Below, in pieces: positions 45,423-56,748 of a DNA stretch of 64,000 bases. The notes below the pieces were generated by a model. It saw only the letters and a program-made list of their open reading frames with translations, had not been told where the DNA came from and ran no database searches. This DNA is from an uncultured Planctomycetia bacterium (GTDB taxonomy: Bacteria; Omnitrophota; Gorgyraeia; 2-01-FULL-45-10; JAHFGN01). The position numbers and the translations under genes were made by a program. Position 1 is the stretch's first letter, and every line of letters starts with the position of its first letter. The stretch lies in contig CAYHAE010000002.1 of the NCBI GenBank assembly GCA_964354545.1, positions 3,847-67,846 of the forward strand, given 5' to 3'.

Positions 45423-46140
45423 AAAAAAGGCGCACATGTCGTATGCGAAACAGCTGGAGATGCTCTCGACGGTCGCGAAGACGATAACCTCCAATTTGTA
45501 TTTGGAGGATATCCTCCGGCTCATCGTCACCGTCACTGCGGAACTCATGAATTCCAGCATATGCTCGCTCATGTTGATCGACGAAAAGACAAAGTCGCTC
45601 GTCCTGCGGGCGACCCAGTCCATGAGCGACGTGTATAACAAGAAGCCGCCGCTCAAATTGGGCGAGGGCATTGCGGGAAAAGCCGCTCTGGAGAATAGGC
45701 CGATCATGGTGTACGATCTCGAGAAGAGCCCGGAATACAAATATAAAGAGATTGCAAAGAGGGAGGGGCTCAAGTCGCTCCTCAGCGTGCCGCTCGCGGT
45801 GAAGGGCAGGGTGATAGGCGTGCTCAACAACTACACCCCGAAACCGCATAAGTTTTCGAGGAGCGAAGTCGAGATCCTCATGACTATCACACGTCAGGCC
45901 GCGCTCGCGATCGAAAATGCCGACCTCATGGTGAAGACGAAGGTGATACGGGAGGAGCTCGAAACGCGAAAGCTCGTTGAAAGGGCAAAGGGCATTCTGA
46001 TGAAAGAGCAGAACCTGAGCGAGGAAGGGGCGTTTAAGAAGATTCAAAAACAGAGCATGGATTCAAGGAAGTCGATGCGCGAGATCGCTGAGGCGATCAT
46101 AGTGATCGAGGAGATGCGGCGCGGGGACAGGAGGCCGTAA
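45415..46140 (+). CDS. GAF-ANTAR RNA-binding regulator
   Basis: GAF (GEGIAG, SLLSVPL) plus ANTAR (LETRKLVERAKGILM...AFKKIQKQSMD...MREIAEAI). Confidence 0.92.
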   Translation: MARKKAHMSYAKQLEMLSTVAKTITSNLYLEDILRLIVTVTAELMNSSICSLMLIDEKTKSLVLRATQSMSDVYNKKPPLKLGEGIAGKAALENRPIMVYDLEKSPEYKYKEIAKREGLKSLLSVPLAVKGRVIGVLNNYTPKPHKFSRSEVEILMTITRQAALAIENADLMVKTKVIREELETRKLVERAKGILMKEQNLSEEGAFKKIQKQSMDSRKSMREIAEAIIVIEEMRRGDRRP

Positions 46141-46169
46141 GAGATTTTTTGCGCAGGCGAGGCAGAGCG

Positions 46170-47810
46170 ATGGAGAGAATGCGGATAGGCATTGCACAGA
46201 TAAATCCGACCGTAGGCGCCCTGAAAGAAAACGGGAAGAAGATCATCGATTACATGCAGCGCGGGAAGAAGAAGGGCGTAGACCTCATCGTATTTCCGGA
46301 ACTGGCGATCACGGGATACCCTCCCGAGGACCTGCTTTTGAAGAAGAGTTTCGTTTCGGACAACCTGCGCGTGCTCTACACGGTGGCGAGACAGTCGAAG
46401 GGTATCTCCGCCATCGTGGGGTTCGTAGACCTCAAGGGCGGGGAGCGCTACAATGCGGCGGCCCTCGTGAGGGACTGCGGGGTGGAGGGCATATACCGGA
46501 AAATGCTCTTGCCGAACTACGGGGTTTTCGATGAGAAGAGGTACTTTAAACCGGGGACCGAATCCTTCACGTTCTTCTCGAACCATAAGACGATGAAGTG
46601 CGCCCTCACCATATGCGAGGATATATGGGAACCGGAGGGCGCTGCCCTTGCGCTGTGCGCGAGCCACGAACCCCACGTAATAATAAATATCTCCGCGTCC
46701 CCGTACCACTTTAAAAAGGAAAAGATGCGCGAAAGCATGCTCGAGGATGTCGCCGGTGCGCACGGGACGATCGTAGTCTATTGCACTATCGTGGGGGGGC
46801 AGGACGAGCTCGTATTTGACGGAGGAAGCATGGTAGTGGATGCGAGGGGCGAGATCCGTTACAGGGCACCGCGTTTTGAAGAGCACCTCGGCATAGTCGA
46901 TATTGTCGCTCGTTCCGCCGGCGTATCCATTGAACGGTGTGAAAGGTCAGCGCGCCGGCTCGAACAGGCCGAAGAGATATACAAGAGCCTTGTGCTGGGG
47001 ACGCGCGATTACATCTGCAAAAACGGATTCCGAAAAGCGGTCGTGGGGTTGAGCGGCGGGATAGATTCGTGTCTCACCGCAAAGATCGCCTGCGATGCGA
47101 TAGGAAACGGAAATGTCATCGGGGTATCGATGCCGTCCCGGTACTCTTCTCGCGCGACGCAGGATGACGCGAGGAGGGTCGCAAAGAACCTCGGGATGCG
47201 GTTCATCGTCATACCGATGGACAGCATCTTCCAATCGTTCCTGGCGGTCCTGTCGCATGAGTTCAAGGGGCTCAAAGAAGGCATTGCGGAAGAGAACCTT
47301 CAGGCGAGGATACGCGGGAACATCCTTATGGCGTTCTCAAATAAATTCGGCTGGCTTGTCCTCACCACCGGCAACAAGAGCGAGATAAGCATGGGGTACT
47401 GTACCTTGTACGGCGATATGGCGGGAGGATTTTCCGTGATAAAAGACGTACCCAAGACACTCGTCTATAAGCTGGCCCGGTTCGTGAATGCTAAGGGGGC
47501 GCGGGATGTGATACCCCAGAGCGTCTTCACAAGGCCGCCTACCGCGGAACTGAGGCCCGATCAAAAAGACGAGGACACTCTTCCGCCCTACAAGATATTG
47601 GATCCCATCCTTAAATTGTATATAGAGGATGAGCAGTCTCCCGAGGAGATCTCCTCGCAGGGGTTCGATCTCGAACTCGCCAGACTTATCGCACATGTGG
47701 TCGATAAGAATGAGTACAAGCGGCGCCAAGGTCCTCCGGGAGTAAAGATAACGCCGAGGGCTTTCGGGAAGGACAGGCGCTTTCCGATCGTGAACAGGTA
47801 CAGGGAGTAA
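46170..47810 (+). CDS. nadE: glutamine-dependent NAD+ synthetase
   Basis: Nitrilase domain with FPE/K/ICED triad; SGGIDS, ENLQARIRG, TGNKSE, PTAELRPDQKD. Confidence 0.95.
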   Translation: MERMRIGIAQINPTVGALKENGKKIIDYMQRGKKKGVDLIVFPELAITGYPPEDLLLKKSFVSDNLRVLYTVARQSKGISAIVGFVDLKGGERYNAAALVRDCGVEGIYRKMLLPNYGVFDEKRYFKPGTESFTFFSNHKTMKCALTICEDIWEPEGAALALCASHEPHVIINISASPYHFKKEKMRESMLEDVAGAHGTIVVYCTIVGGQDELVFDGGSMVVDARGEIRYRAPRFEEHLGIVDIVARSAGVSIERCERSARRLEQAEEIYKSLVLGTRDYICKNGFRKAVVGLSGGIDSCLTAKIACDAIGNGNVIGVSMPSRYSSRATQDDARRVAKNLGMRFIVIPMDSIFQSFLAVLSHEFKGLKEGIAEENLQARIRGNILMAFSNKFGWLVLTTGNKSEISMGYCTLYGDMAGGFSVIKDVPKTLVYKLARFVNAKGARDVIPQSVFTRPPTAELRPDQKDEDTLPPYKILDPILKLYIEDEQSPEEISSQGFDLELARLIAHVVDKNEYKRRQGPPGVKITPRAFGKDRRFPIVNRYRE

Positions 47811-47815
47811 CGGAG

Positions 47816-49618
47816 ATGACAATTCACGCAGAGCTCAGGAAGTGGGTTGCGTCGATGGCGGAGATATGCCGCCCCGACATTATCGTGTGGATCGATGGTT
47901 CGCCGGAAGAGAAGGCGCGGCTCGAGGTCGAGGCCGCATCAACAGGCGAGGTGATAAGGCTCAATCAGGAAAGGCTGCCCGGCTGCCTCTACCATCGGAC
48001 ATCCCCAGACGATGTGGCCCGCACCGAACACCTCACGTACGTATGTACGAGGCGCAAGTCGGACGCGGGTCCCACAAACAACTGGATGAGCCCGAGAGAG
48101 GCGTACAGAAAGGCGAAGGAGATATTCCTCAATTCGATGGTGGGCCGCACCATGTACGTGATCCCGTTCTCCATGGGGCCCGTCGGGTCGCCCTTCAGCA
48201 AGATCGGGGTCGAGTTGACGGATTCCATATACGTCGTGCTCAATATGCGTATCATGACGCGCATCGGCAAAGATGTGCTGAAGACCTTGGGCAGCGACGG
48301 TGAGTTCACAAAATGCTTGCACTCGAAAGCAGACCTCAACGTCAACCGGCGCCTCATACTTCACTTCCCGGAAGACAATACGATATGGAGCGTCGGTTCA
48401 GGATATGGCGGCAACGTCCTTTTGGGAAAGAAATGTCTCGCCCTGCGGATAGCAAGCTATCTCGGGAGGAAAGAAGGATGGATGGCCGAGCATATGCTCA
48501 TCATGGGGATCGAGGATCCGAGCGGGCACATCGTGTACGTGGCCGGCGCTTTTCCGAGCGCATGCGGCAAGACCAACCTTGCTATGCTCATCCCTCCGGA
48601 AGGGCTGAAGCGCAAAGGCTACCGGATATGGACCGTGGGCGATGACATTGCCTGGATGCGTATCGACACAGACGGCGCCTTGTGGGCAGTCAATCCCGAG
48701 ACAGGGTTCTTTGGCGTCGCTCCTGGTACGAATTCGAAATCGAACCCGAGCGCGATGGTCAGCATACAGAGGAACACGATATACACGAACGTCCTCATGA
48801 AGATGGACGGCACGGTATGGTGGGAGGAGGGCGATGGCCCGATACCGGATGAAGGCATCGATTGGCGGGGGAGGCCTTGGAAGCCAAACGCCAGGGACGA
48901 GAAAGGCGAGATCATCAAAGGGTCGCATCCCAATGCCAGGTTTACGGTGCCCATCTCCCAGTGCCCTTCCATTTCAAATAGGATCGAGCACCATCACGGA
49001 GTCCCGATTTCCGCAATCATTTTCGGCGGCCGCAGGACTCACCTCGCGCCGCTTATCTATGAGGCGTTCAATTGGCAGCACGGCGTCTATGTGGGGGCGA
49101 CCATGGCATCCGAACGGACGGCTGCGCAAGTGGGTAAGCTCGGAGAAGTGAGGCGTGACCCGATGGCCATGCTGCCTTTCTGCGGGTACCATATGGGTGA
49201 TTACTTCCGGCACTGGCTTGATATGGGATGTCGTATGAAGAAACCGCCCCGAATATATCATGTGAACTGGTTCCGGCAGGATGAGGAGGGGAAGTATTTG
49301 TGGCCGGGGTACGGCGAGAACCTCCGCGTTCTCGAATGGATCATGGACCGTGTGTGCGGTAAGGCGAAAGCACTTGAGACGCCGATCGGTTATATTCCGG
49401 ACGAGGATAGTATCGATATGACAGGGCTCCAGCTTCCGCATAAGAACATGAAAAAGCTTTTTGCGATCGATAGGGAAGAATGGGCACGGGACCTTGAGAA
49501 ACAAAGGGAATTTTTCAGGACGCTCGGCAATAAACTTCCCGTAGAGATCCTCGATGAGCACAAGGCCTTTCAGAGACGTCTCAGATCATGGGTCAAAAAG
49601 CCGGGGCGTAAGACGTAA
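47816..49618 (+). CDS. pckG: phosphoenolpyruvate carboxykinase (GTP)
   Basis: GSGYGGN.LLGKKC, AFPSACGKTNLAM, VGDDIAW, HPNARF, DPMAMLPFCGY. Confidence 0.95.
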   Translation: MTIHAELRKWVASMAEICRPDIIVWIDGSPEEKARLEVEAASTGEVIRLNQERLPGCLYHRTSPDDVARTEHLTYVCTRRKSDAGPTNNWMSPREAYRKAKEIFLNSMVGRTMYVIPFSMGPVGSPFSKIGVELTDSIYVVLNMRIMTRIGKDVLKTLGSDGEFTKCLHSKADLNVNRRLILHFPEDNTIWSVGSGYGGNVLLGKKCLALRIASYLGRKEGWMAEHMLIMGIEDPSGHIVYVAGAFPSACGKTNLAMLIPPEGLKRKGYRIWTVGDDIAWMRIDTDGALWAVNPETGFFGVAPGTNSKSNPSAMVSIQRNTIYTNVLMKMDGTVWWEEGDGPIPDEGIDWRGRPWKPNARDEKGEIIKGSHPNARFTVPISQCPSISNRIEHHHGVPISAIIFGGRRTHLAPLIYEAFNWQHGVYVGATMASERTAAQVGKLGEVRRDPMAMLPFCGYHMGDYFRHWLDMGCRMKKPPRIYHVNWFRQDEEGKYLWPGYGENLRVLEWIMDRVCGKAKALETPIGYIPDEDSIDMTGLQLPHKNMKKLFAIDREEWARDLEKQREFFRTLGNKLPVEILDEHKAFQRRLRSWVKKPGRKT

Positions 49619-49778
49619 CAGATCCCCGGCAGCGAATGTGAGACCGGTGCGGGTGTGGCGATGTGCCGCGGGGCCTATCCGTCCAGAATTTTCTGGACTT
49701 CTCCCGGAATTTGGCGTAGAATACTGCACTAAAGGTAACGTTTAAACGGATCCACATAATAGGAGGAGGTGAAAGAAG

Positions 49779-50177
49779 ATGAAGGGAGTTGCAGCGCTTG
49801 TGTTGACACTGCTCTGTATCGCATCGTTCGTATATGCTCAAGAAGCCGCGCAAATGACGACCGCGACCGCCGAGGCCGCACCCGCCGAGCCGGTAACGCT
49901 CAAGGGCGAGGTTATCGATAATATGTGTGCGGACGCGAATAGGGCAGGGCTTGCCGATTTCGTTAAAACACATACCAAGGACTGCGCCACAGCGCCGGCG
50001 TGCGTGGCGAGCGGCTATTCGATCTTCGCAGACGGAAATCTTATAAAGTTCGATAAGGAGAGCAGCGCGAAGGTTGCGGAGTTCCTCAACAAGCCAGAGA
50101 GTAAACTGCAGGTAGTGGTTGTCGCTAAGAAAGTTGGCGATGAGCTCAGCCTGGTCTCGATAGAGAACCAGCAGTAA
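49779..50177 (+). CDS. hypothetical exported protein with a Cys/His cluster
   Basis: GGAGGAGGT RBS, signal peptide; IDNMC...HTKDCA..PACVASGY. Confidence 0.75.
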   Translation: MKGVAALVLTLLCIASFVYAQEAAQMTTATAEAAPAEPVTLKGEVIDNMCADANRAGLADFVKTHTKDCATAPACVASGYSIFADGNLIKFDKESSAKVAEFLNKPESKLQVVVVAKKVGDELSLVSIENQQ

Positions 50178-50181
50178 TCTT

Positions 50182-50237
50182 CGCACAAGGGACGGTCGAT
50201 CTTTATTGCGTACATACGCGCCGTCCCTTTGCGTTTT
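50182..50237 (+). terminator. possible intrinsic terminator
   Basis: CGCA.AAGGGACGG / CCGTCCCTT-TGCG followed by TTTT. Confidence 0.5.
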
Positions 50238-50256
50238 ATCCCGTTAGAAAACGGAA

Positions 50257-50286
50257 CCTCACGGGCATGCCCGCGGGGCTCCACCT
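50257..50286. repeat. REP-like palindrome copy
   Basis: CCTCACGGGCATGCCCGCGGGGCTCCAC resembles 40902-40928. Confidence 0.65.
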
Positions 50287-50309
50287 AAGACGGAAAGGCG
50301 CGAGAGCGC

Positions 50310-51572
50310 ATGCAGGCCCAAAATCGATCGGCCCCGTATTTCATAGGAATGAGCATGGGGGGCACCAAGCTCTATGCCGCCCTTTACAAAAGAGGAACGG
50401 AGGGGAAGCCCGTATCCCTCACCTCCCGCAGCGTGATCTGGAGGGACGCGTTCGGTCTCGATGACCCGAGGGACGTCGCGGATCCAGAGAAGGTATCGTC
50501 TGATGCCATTGTCGAGAGGATTGTGGGTACGGTGCGCGACATTCTCGCTGCGCACGGCCTGACGATCGCGGATCTCAACAACGTTGGGTGTACCTCGCCC
50601 GGTCCTCTCGACCGGGAGAAAGGCATCATCGGGTCCGCGTGCAAGACTTTTAACCTGCCATTCGACAATTATCCTTTTGTCCAAAGACTGCGAGAGAAGC
50701 TGGGGGCGACCCATGTCGAGATCAAGCATGATTCTCATTCGGGGCTCGAAGGAGAAGTTGTCATAGGCGCGCTCTCAGACGTCTCGTGCGGTTACTACAT
50801 CATTCAAGGGACAGGACTCGGCGGTTCGGCGTCTAAGGACCGCGTGTACTATGAAGCCATCCCGGAGCTCACAGAACCCGGCCATCACATTATCGGTACG
50901 CCTATCATGGGAAAGAAGTACCGATACCGTTTCAGGTACATCATGAAACGAGGGAAAGACCACCCTTATGAGGTCGTCCCGGTTCCCGACAGGAAAAAGA
51001 GCTATCACATTAACGAAAGCGCCGCGAGAGAGATGCTGGCGCGGTCCGATGAGCGGAAAGAGGACCTGATCTGGGCTATTGAGGGGGAGAGAGATTTTGA
51101 GGACATCGTTGCAGGAGTGGCGCTCGAACCCATGTTGAAAGATAAGGAGAGGCTCGCGGAGCAGTTTGGCGGGGCTCTGAACGACTTCAGCACGCTTGCC
51201 GAGCCGAAAGACCTTTCAGAGTTAGCCCTCAAGGGCGACCCGAATGAGCGCCGGATTTCGCAACGGATCATACGATATATCGGGGAGGAGATGGGGAAGG
51301 CCTTGGCGGCACTCATCGCGGCCTCATACGGCACCGAGTGGCAATTGCAGCGTGTCGTGGTAGGTTCTGCCGTAGGCGAAAAATTGGGTCTTGGAGTGAA
51401 GGCCGAAGGCGGAGAAGATTTTTACTTTTACCACATTCGGGAATCGGCGCGAAGTGAACTCGCGGGACATTTTGGCCTTCCGGACGATTTCTCCCGGGCC
51501 GTTTCGCGAGAGATCGTACGGTCTGGCCTCACCCAGGAAGTGAGAGAGACCGCAGGATTTGACCGACCATGA
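50310..51572 (+). CDS. divergent ROK-family protein
   Basis: IGMSMGGTK, SPGPLD, QGTGLGG, EPGHH; large insertion and no CxC zinc motif. Confidence 0.7.
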   Translation: MQAQNRSAPYFIGMSMGGTKLYAALYKRGTEGKPVSLTSRSVIWRDAFGLDDPRDVADPEKVSSDAIVERIVGTVRDILAAHGLTIADLNNVGCTSPGPLDREKGIIGSACKTFNLPFDNYPFVQRLREKLGATHVEIKHDSHSGLEGEVVIGALSDVSCGYYIIQGTGLGGSASKDRVYYEAIPELTEPGHHIIGTPIMGKKYRYRFRYIMKRGKDHPYEVVPVPDRKKSYHINESAAREMLARSDERKEDLIWAIEGERDFEDIVAGVALEPMLKDKERLAEQFGGALNDFSTLAEPKDLSELALKGDPNERRISQRIIRYIGEEMGKALAALIAASYGTEWQLQRVVVGSAVGEKLGLGVKAEGGEDFYFYHIRESARSELAGHFGLPDDFSRAVSREIVRSGLTQEVRETAGFDRP

Positions 51573-51611
51573 CCATGCGAGGTAATGTCCGCAGGAGAAG
51601 GAGTGCGAGAG

Positions 51612-52145
51612 ATGCCGACCCCGGCGAAAAAAGGTGACAGGGGCCTCACCGCCCTCTATAGAGGCGGAACGGTGTACAAGGACCACGTAAGGGTGGAGGC
51701 GTGCGGGACCCTCGATGAGCTTTCGGCGTTCCTGGGCATGGCGAAGAGCCTCATCGCACGCAAAGAACTGAAAGGTCTCATCGAATCCATCCAGCAGGAT
51801 TTGTTTGTGGTGGGCGCGGAAGTCGCTACCGATGCTAAATTCCTCTCTTCCTTGAAGAAAAGGATCGATGCGCACGATGTGGACCGTCTGGAAAAGCATA
51901 TCTGCGAACGTGAGAAGAGAGGGATATCCGCGCTGAACCGTTTCTGCGTGCCAGGCGAAGATTTCGTTTCGAGCGCACTCCACGTCGCGAGGGCTGTGGC
52001 GAGGAGGGCCGAGAGAAGGATCGTGACCCTTAAAAAGAGGGGCCTCGTGCGGAATACCTCCATGGTGGCGTATCTCAACAGGCTCTCGGGACTCCTCTAC
52101 CTGCTCGCGAGGTCCCTCGCGCGTACACGAGAGAGGACGTCTTAA
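51612..52145 (+). CDS. PduO-type cob(I)alamin adenosyltransferase
   Basis: KGDRGLT, GTLDELSA, IQQDLF, LHVARAVARRAER, YLNRLS. Confidence 0.88.
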   Translation: MPTPAKKGDRGLTALYRGGTVYKDHVRVEACGTLDELSAFLGMAKSLIARKELKGLIESIQQDLFVVGAEVATDAKFLSSLKKRIDAHDVDRLEKHICEREKRGISALNRFCVPGEDFVSSALHVARAVARRAERRIVTLKKRGLVRNTSMVAYLNRLSGLLYLLARSLARTRERTS

Positions 52146-52160
52146 GGAGGCTCACCTATC

Positions 52161-54281
52161 ATGAAGGCCGTTCCTGTGCCGCGAGAAGTGAAGAAGAGGG
52201 ATGGGTCGATAGTTCATTTCAACAGGGCGAAGATTGAGCGCGCAATAGAAAGGGCGGCGTGCGAGGTGCGGGAGGACAGAACTCGCGCGAGGGACGTTTC
52301 GGATGCGGTCTCCCGCCTCGTGCTAGGAAAGATCGCCGATATCTACAAGGATAAGATCCCGAGCGTGGAGTCCATTCAGGACCTCATCGAAACAACGTTG
52401 ATGGATGAAGGGTACGGTAGGATCGCGAAAAGTTATATCCTCTACAGAGAACGGCGCAGCCAGATCAGAGAGGCGAAATCGGTCTTGGGGGTAAGGGATG
52501 ACCTCAAACTGCCGATCAATACCATGGAGGTGCTGAAGAAGAGGTACCTCCTGAAAGACGAGAATAAGAATATCGTCGAAACACCGCGAGAGTTATTCCG
52601 GCGCGTCGCCGCGCACGTCGCGCGTGCGGAGAAGAATTTTCGCCTCCACCGCTGCGCTCAAGAAGAGGCGGAAGAGGCGTTCTATCAGATGATGAGGAGC
52701 CTCGAGTTCATGCCTAACTCACCCACCCTCATGAACGCGGGGACTGCGCTCGGCCAGCTTTCGGCGTGCTTCGTGATCCCTGTGGGGGATTCCATCGATG
52801 GGATATTCGAGGCCCTCAAGGCGGTGGCGCGTATCCATCAGACGGGAGGGGGGACCGGTTTCAACTTCTCCCGGCTAAGGCCCAAGGGTGACCTTGTCGC
52901 CTCTACGCGGGGAGAGGCATCAGGCCCTCTCTCGTTCATGGAGATATTCGACAAGGCGACAGAGGTGATCGTTCAGGGTGGTCGGCGTCGCGGCGCGAAT
53001 ATGAGCATCCTGCGCTGCGACCATCCGGACATCGTGGAATTTGTTGAATCGAAGGTGGGAAAGGAGAGGTTCTCCAATTTCAACCTCTCGGTAGGCGCCA
53101 CCGACGCCTTTATGGATGCAGTAAGGCGGGATAGGACGTTTGGCCTCGTCAATCCGAGGACCCGGAAGAAGGTGCGCGAGGTGAGCGCGAGGGCCCTCTT
53201 CGACCTCATCGTCAATGCGGCGTGGCGGACAGGAGACCCCGGCCTCGTATTTCTGGATGAGATCAACAGGAAGAACCCCACCCCCGGACTCGGCGAGATA
53301 GAGGCAACAAACCCGTGCGGAGAATTACCGCTCCTCCCGTTCGAGAGCTGCAACCTTGCCTCGATAAATCTCTCGAAAATGGTGAAAGGGGACTCTCTGG
53401 AGTGGGAGAGATTAAGGGACCGCGTGCGATGGGGGATACGATTCTTAGACGACGTGATCGAAGTGAACAGGTATCCCTTGCCCCAGATCGCAGAGATTAC
53501 GCGTGCGAACAGGAAGGTCGGGCTCGGGGTAATGGGTTTCGCAGATATGCTGGTTAAGCTGGGCATCCCCTACGATTCGAAAGAGGCGATCGCCTGTGCT
53601 GAGAAGGTCATGAGGTTTATCCGCCGAGAGTCGCTGAGTGCGTCAATCGGCCTCGCGAGAACGAGGGGGGTCTTTCCCCATTTCAAAAAGTCCGTATATG
53701 CGCATAAAAATGCGAGAGTCCGCAACGCCACGGTGAACACCATCGCCCCCACGGGAACAATAAGCATCATCGCGGGGTGTTCAAGCGGGATAGAGCCGCT
53801 TTTCGCGGTCAGCTTCGTGCGTACCGTCTTGTCGGGCACGAAGCTCTTCGAGCTCAATGCCCTCTTTGAGGAGGTTGCAAAGCGGGACAGGTTCTTTACC
53901 GACGACATGCGCGCGCAGATCGCCCGGAGCGGTTCTCTCCGGAGGATACGCGGCGTCCCGCGCGATATAAAGCGGATATTCGTGACCGCCTTCGATGTCG
54001 CGCCGTCACAGCATCTCGCGGTCCAGGCCGCATTTCAAAAATATACCGATAATTCCGTCTCCAAGACGATAAATCTCCCGTCCGACTCGACGGTCAACGA
54101 TGTGAGGAAGATATACGTAATGGCCGGCGCGATGAAGTGCAAGGGTATCACTATTTACCGATACGGCAGCAAAGAACAGCAGGTCCTATCATTCGGTTAC
54201 AGAGAAGGCGACCAGGGCGACATCCTCATCGCCGATTCGGAGTATTCGGGAGGATGCGCGACAGGCACATGCCTGTTTTAA
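52161..54281 (+). CDS. nrdJ: class II (adenosylcobalamin-dependent) ribonucleotide reductase with ATP cone
   Basis: VKKRDG ATP cone; [39 protein letters not shown]; C-terminal CATGTC. Confidence 0.9.
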   Translation: MKAVPVPREVKKRDGSIVHFNRAKIERAIERAACEVREDRTRARDVSDAVSRLVLGKIADIYKDKIPSVESIQDLIETTLMDEGYGRIAKSYILYRERRSQIREAKSVLGVRDDLKLPINTMEVLKKRYLLKDENKNIVETPRELFRRVAAHVARAEKNFRLHRCAQEEAEEAFYQMMRSLEFMPNSPTLMNAGTALGQLSACFVIPVGDSIDGIFEALKAVARIHQTGGGTGFNFSRLRPKGDLVASTRGEASGPLSFMEIFDKATEVIVQGGRRRGANMSILRCDHPDIVEFVESKVGKERFSNFNLSVGATDAFMDAVRRDRTFGLVNPRTRKKVREVSARALFDLIVNAAWRTGDPGLVFLDEINRKNPTPGLGEIEATNPCGELPLLPFESCNLASINLSKMVKGDSLEWERLRDRVRWGIRFLDDVIEVNRYPLPQIAEITRANRKVGLGVMGFADMLVKLGIPYDSKEAIACAEKVMRFIRRESLSASIGLARTRGVFPHFKKSVYAHKNARVRNATVNTIAPTGTISIIAGCSSGIEPLFAVSFVRTVLSGTKLFELNALFEEVAKRDRFFTDDMRAQIARSGSLRRIRGVPRDIKRIFVTAFDVAPSQHLAVQAAFQKYTDNSVSKTINLPSDSTVNDVRKIYVMAGAMKCKGITIYRYGSKEQQVLSFGYREGDQGDILIADSEYSGGCATGTCLF

Positions 54282-54282
54282 C

Positions 54283-54404
54283 CCGCCTTCGCGGAATTCC
54301 CCACCTGTAAGGGTGGGGATGGAGAGCGAAGGGAATTCCGCTTCGGCGAGGTTTTCGCCTCGACGGAGCGAAAAGCAAGATTCCACGGGTGTAAGCCCGC
54401 GGAT
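54283..54404. repeat. nested palindromic repeat element related to copies A/B
   Basis: CCCGCCTTCGC...GCTTCGGCG (reverse complement of the A/B module), CCCCACC/GGTGGGG hairpin, TCCACGGG..CCCGCGGA hairpin. Confidence 0.6.
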
Positions 54405-54519
54405 CTTCAAAAAGTGGGCGTACATATTTCCGGTGCGTGAATATACTGAGTTGAAGAAATGGGCGCTTGCGCTCGCATGGTGGGCATCGCTCCTTAACGG
54501 AGTTAACGGAGGGGACGCC

Positions 54520-56676
54520 ATGGCTGATACGCCGGACCTCCATACAAATCGGCTTATCAACGAAAAGAGCCCCTACCTCCTTCAGCATGCGCACAATCCC
54601 GTTGACTGGTATCCGTGGGGAAACGAGGCCTTCGATAAGGCGGCGAAGGAGGACAAGCCGATCTTCCTCTCGATCGGATATTCCGCCTGCCACTGGTGCC
54701 ACGTGATGGAAAAAGAGTCCTTCTCTGACCCGGAGATCGCGCGGATCCTCAACGAGCATTTTGTCCCCATTAAAGTGGATAGGGAAGAGAGGCCGGACAT
54801 AGACGCCGCGTATATGCATGCCCTCGTCGCGATGACGGGGTCGGGAGGATGGCCGCTCAACATTTTTATGACTCCGGATAAGAAGCCGTTTTACGGCGGG
54901 ACGTACTTTCCTCCCGAAGACAGGTGGGGAAGGCAGGGGCTTAAGACAACGCTGCTCTCGATCGCCGAGGTATGGAAAAACTATCGGCAGGATGTCGTAG
55001 AGAAAGCGGTGGTAGGGTTTGGGGTTGTCCGTGAGAGGGGCGCGGTCCAAGAGAAGATCGGGAGGGGAGGGTATCCCCTCGATGAAACGGCGCTCGAGAA
55101 TGCGTATGAGGAGCTCTCGTCGCACGTCGATCCGCGCTATGGAGGATTCAGCGAAGCGCCCAAATTTCCGACACCACACACGATTTCGTTTTTACTCAGG
55201 TACTGGAAACGCACGGGCAACCCGAGGTCCCTTGAGATGGCGGAGAGGACGTTATCGGAGATGGCGCACGGAGGCATTCGTGACCACCTTGGCGGGGGAT
55301 TCCACAGGTACTCGACGGATGCTCTGTGGAGGATCCCCCATTTCGAGAAGATGCTTTATGACCAGGCCCTCATCGCGAGGGCGTATCTCGAAGCATACCA
55401 GGCGACAGGAAAAGGTGAATATGCGCAGGCCGCACGGGAGATATTCGACTATGTGCTTCGGGATATGAGAGGACGCGAGGGCGGATTCTTTTGCGGCCTC
55501 GACGCGGATTCCGCACCGGACGGCCGATATCCGGAGAAGAGAGAGGAAGGGGCTTTTTATCTCTGGAGACAGGACGAGATCAAAAAAATATTTGGAGATG
55601 AGAACGCCGCGATCGTCAATTACTATTTCGGAGTGGAGCCATCCGGCAACGCGGTTTCAGATCCCACGGGTGAATGGGAGGGAAAGAACGTGCTCTACAT
55701 CTTCCATGGCGCCGAAGAGACTGCGCGCCGTTTCCATAAAGACGTATCGGAGGTCAGGCGTTTCGTGGAGGCGGCCAAGGAGAAGCTCTCGAGCGTCCGT
55801 TCGGAAAGGCTCGCGCCTCGTCTCGATGATAAGATTTTAGTTGACTGGAACGGCCTCATGATCTCGAGCCTTGCGTACGGCTCCCGCGTCCTCGGTGAGG
55901 CGCGATACAGGGAGGCGGCGGAACAGGCCGCCCAGTTTATCGTGAAGAACCTCGTTGATAAGAGCGGAAGGCTCCTCCACCGCTACCGGGACGGAGAGGG
56001 AGCCATCCGCGGCATGATCGATGATTATGCATTCTTTGTCCATGGCCTCATCGACCTCTATGAGGCGACGCTGGAGTTCCGCTACCTGGACAGCGCGGTC
56101 GATCTCTCGCAGAAGATGATCGATCTCTTTTGGGATAACGAAAGCGGGGGCTTCTACTTCACGGCGTCCGATGCCGAGAAGCAGGCGCTGGGGAGGATAA
56201 AAGAGATCTACGACGGGGATATTCCCTCGGGGAATTCGATCGCAGCGCTCGACCTGCTTCGTCTCGGCAGATTCACCATGGATGAGGAGTTCGAGCAGAG
56301 GGCGGCAGCGCTTTTCAAGGCATTCTCGGGCGAGGTCTTCAGCCTGCCGAGCGGACATGCGCAGACCCTCATCGCTCTAGATTTCGCGCTCGGACCATCT
56401 ACCGAGATCGCGCTCGCGGGCAACAAAGACGACCCCGAGTTCATCGGCATGCTCCGATCGATCTACGCACGGTTTATGCCCAGTAAAGTGGTCGCATACC
56501 GGCCGGTCTCGGACGACGAGCTCGAAGAAGTCTGTCGGCGGATACCGTTCTTAAAAGACCAACCCCCGCTCGGAGGATCGCCCACCGCATATGTGTGTGC
56601 ACATTATACGTGCTCGCTGCCTGTGACGCGGGCCGAGGAACTCAGCGCGATCCTCGATGGGGAGCAGGGGCGTTAG
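54520..56676 (+). CDS. YyaL-like thioredoxin-domain/six-hairpin protein (DUF255)
   Basis: [52 protein letters not shown]. Confidence 0.92.
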   Translation: MADTPDLHTNRLINEKSPYLLQHAHNPVDWYPWGNEAFDKAAKEDKPIFLSIGYSACHWCHVMEKESFSDPEIARILNEHFVPIKVDREERPDIDAAYMHALVAMTGSGGWPLNIFMTPDKKPFYGGTYFPPEDRWGRQGLKTTLLSIAEVWKNYRQDVVEKAVVGFGVVRERGAVQEKIGRGGYPLDETALENAYEELSSHVDPRYGGFSEAPKFPTPHTISFLLRYWKRTGNPRSLEMAERTLSEMAHGGIRDHLGGGFHRYSTDALWRIPHFEKMLYDQALIARAYLEAYQATGKGEYAQAAREIFDYVLRDMRGREGGFFCGLDADSAPDGRYPEKREEGAFYLWRQDEIKKIFGDENAAIVNYYFGVEPSGNAVSDPTGEWEGKNVLYIFHGAEETARRFHKDVSEVRRFVEAAKEKLSSVRSERLAPRLDDKILVDWNGLMISSLAYGSRVLGEARYREAAEQAAQFIVKNLVDKSGRLLHRYRDGEGAIRGMIDDYAFFVHGLIDLYEATLEFRYLDSAVDLSQKMIDLFWDNESGGFYFTASDAEKQALGRIKEIYDGDIPSGNSIAALDLLRLGRFTMDEEFEQRAAALFKAFSGEVFSLPSGHAQTLIALDFALGPSTEIALAGNKDDPEFIGMLRSIYARFMPSKVVAYRPVSDDELEEVCRRIPFLKDQPPLGGSPTAYVCAHYTCSLPVTRAEELSAILDGEQGR

Positions 56677-56748
56677 TTCCGCCGCATCGGCGTAAGGGCA
56701 GAGAAGCTTATTCCCGAACAGGGACACGGTAGTAAAGGAGGCGTGAAG

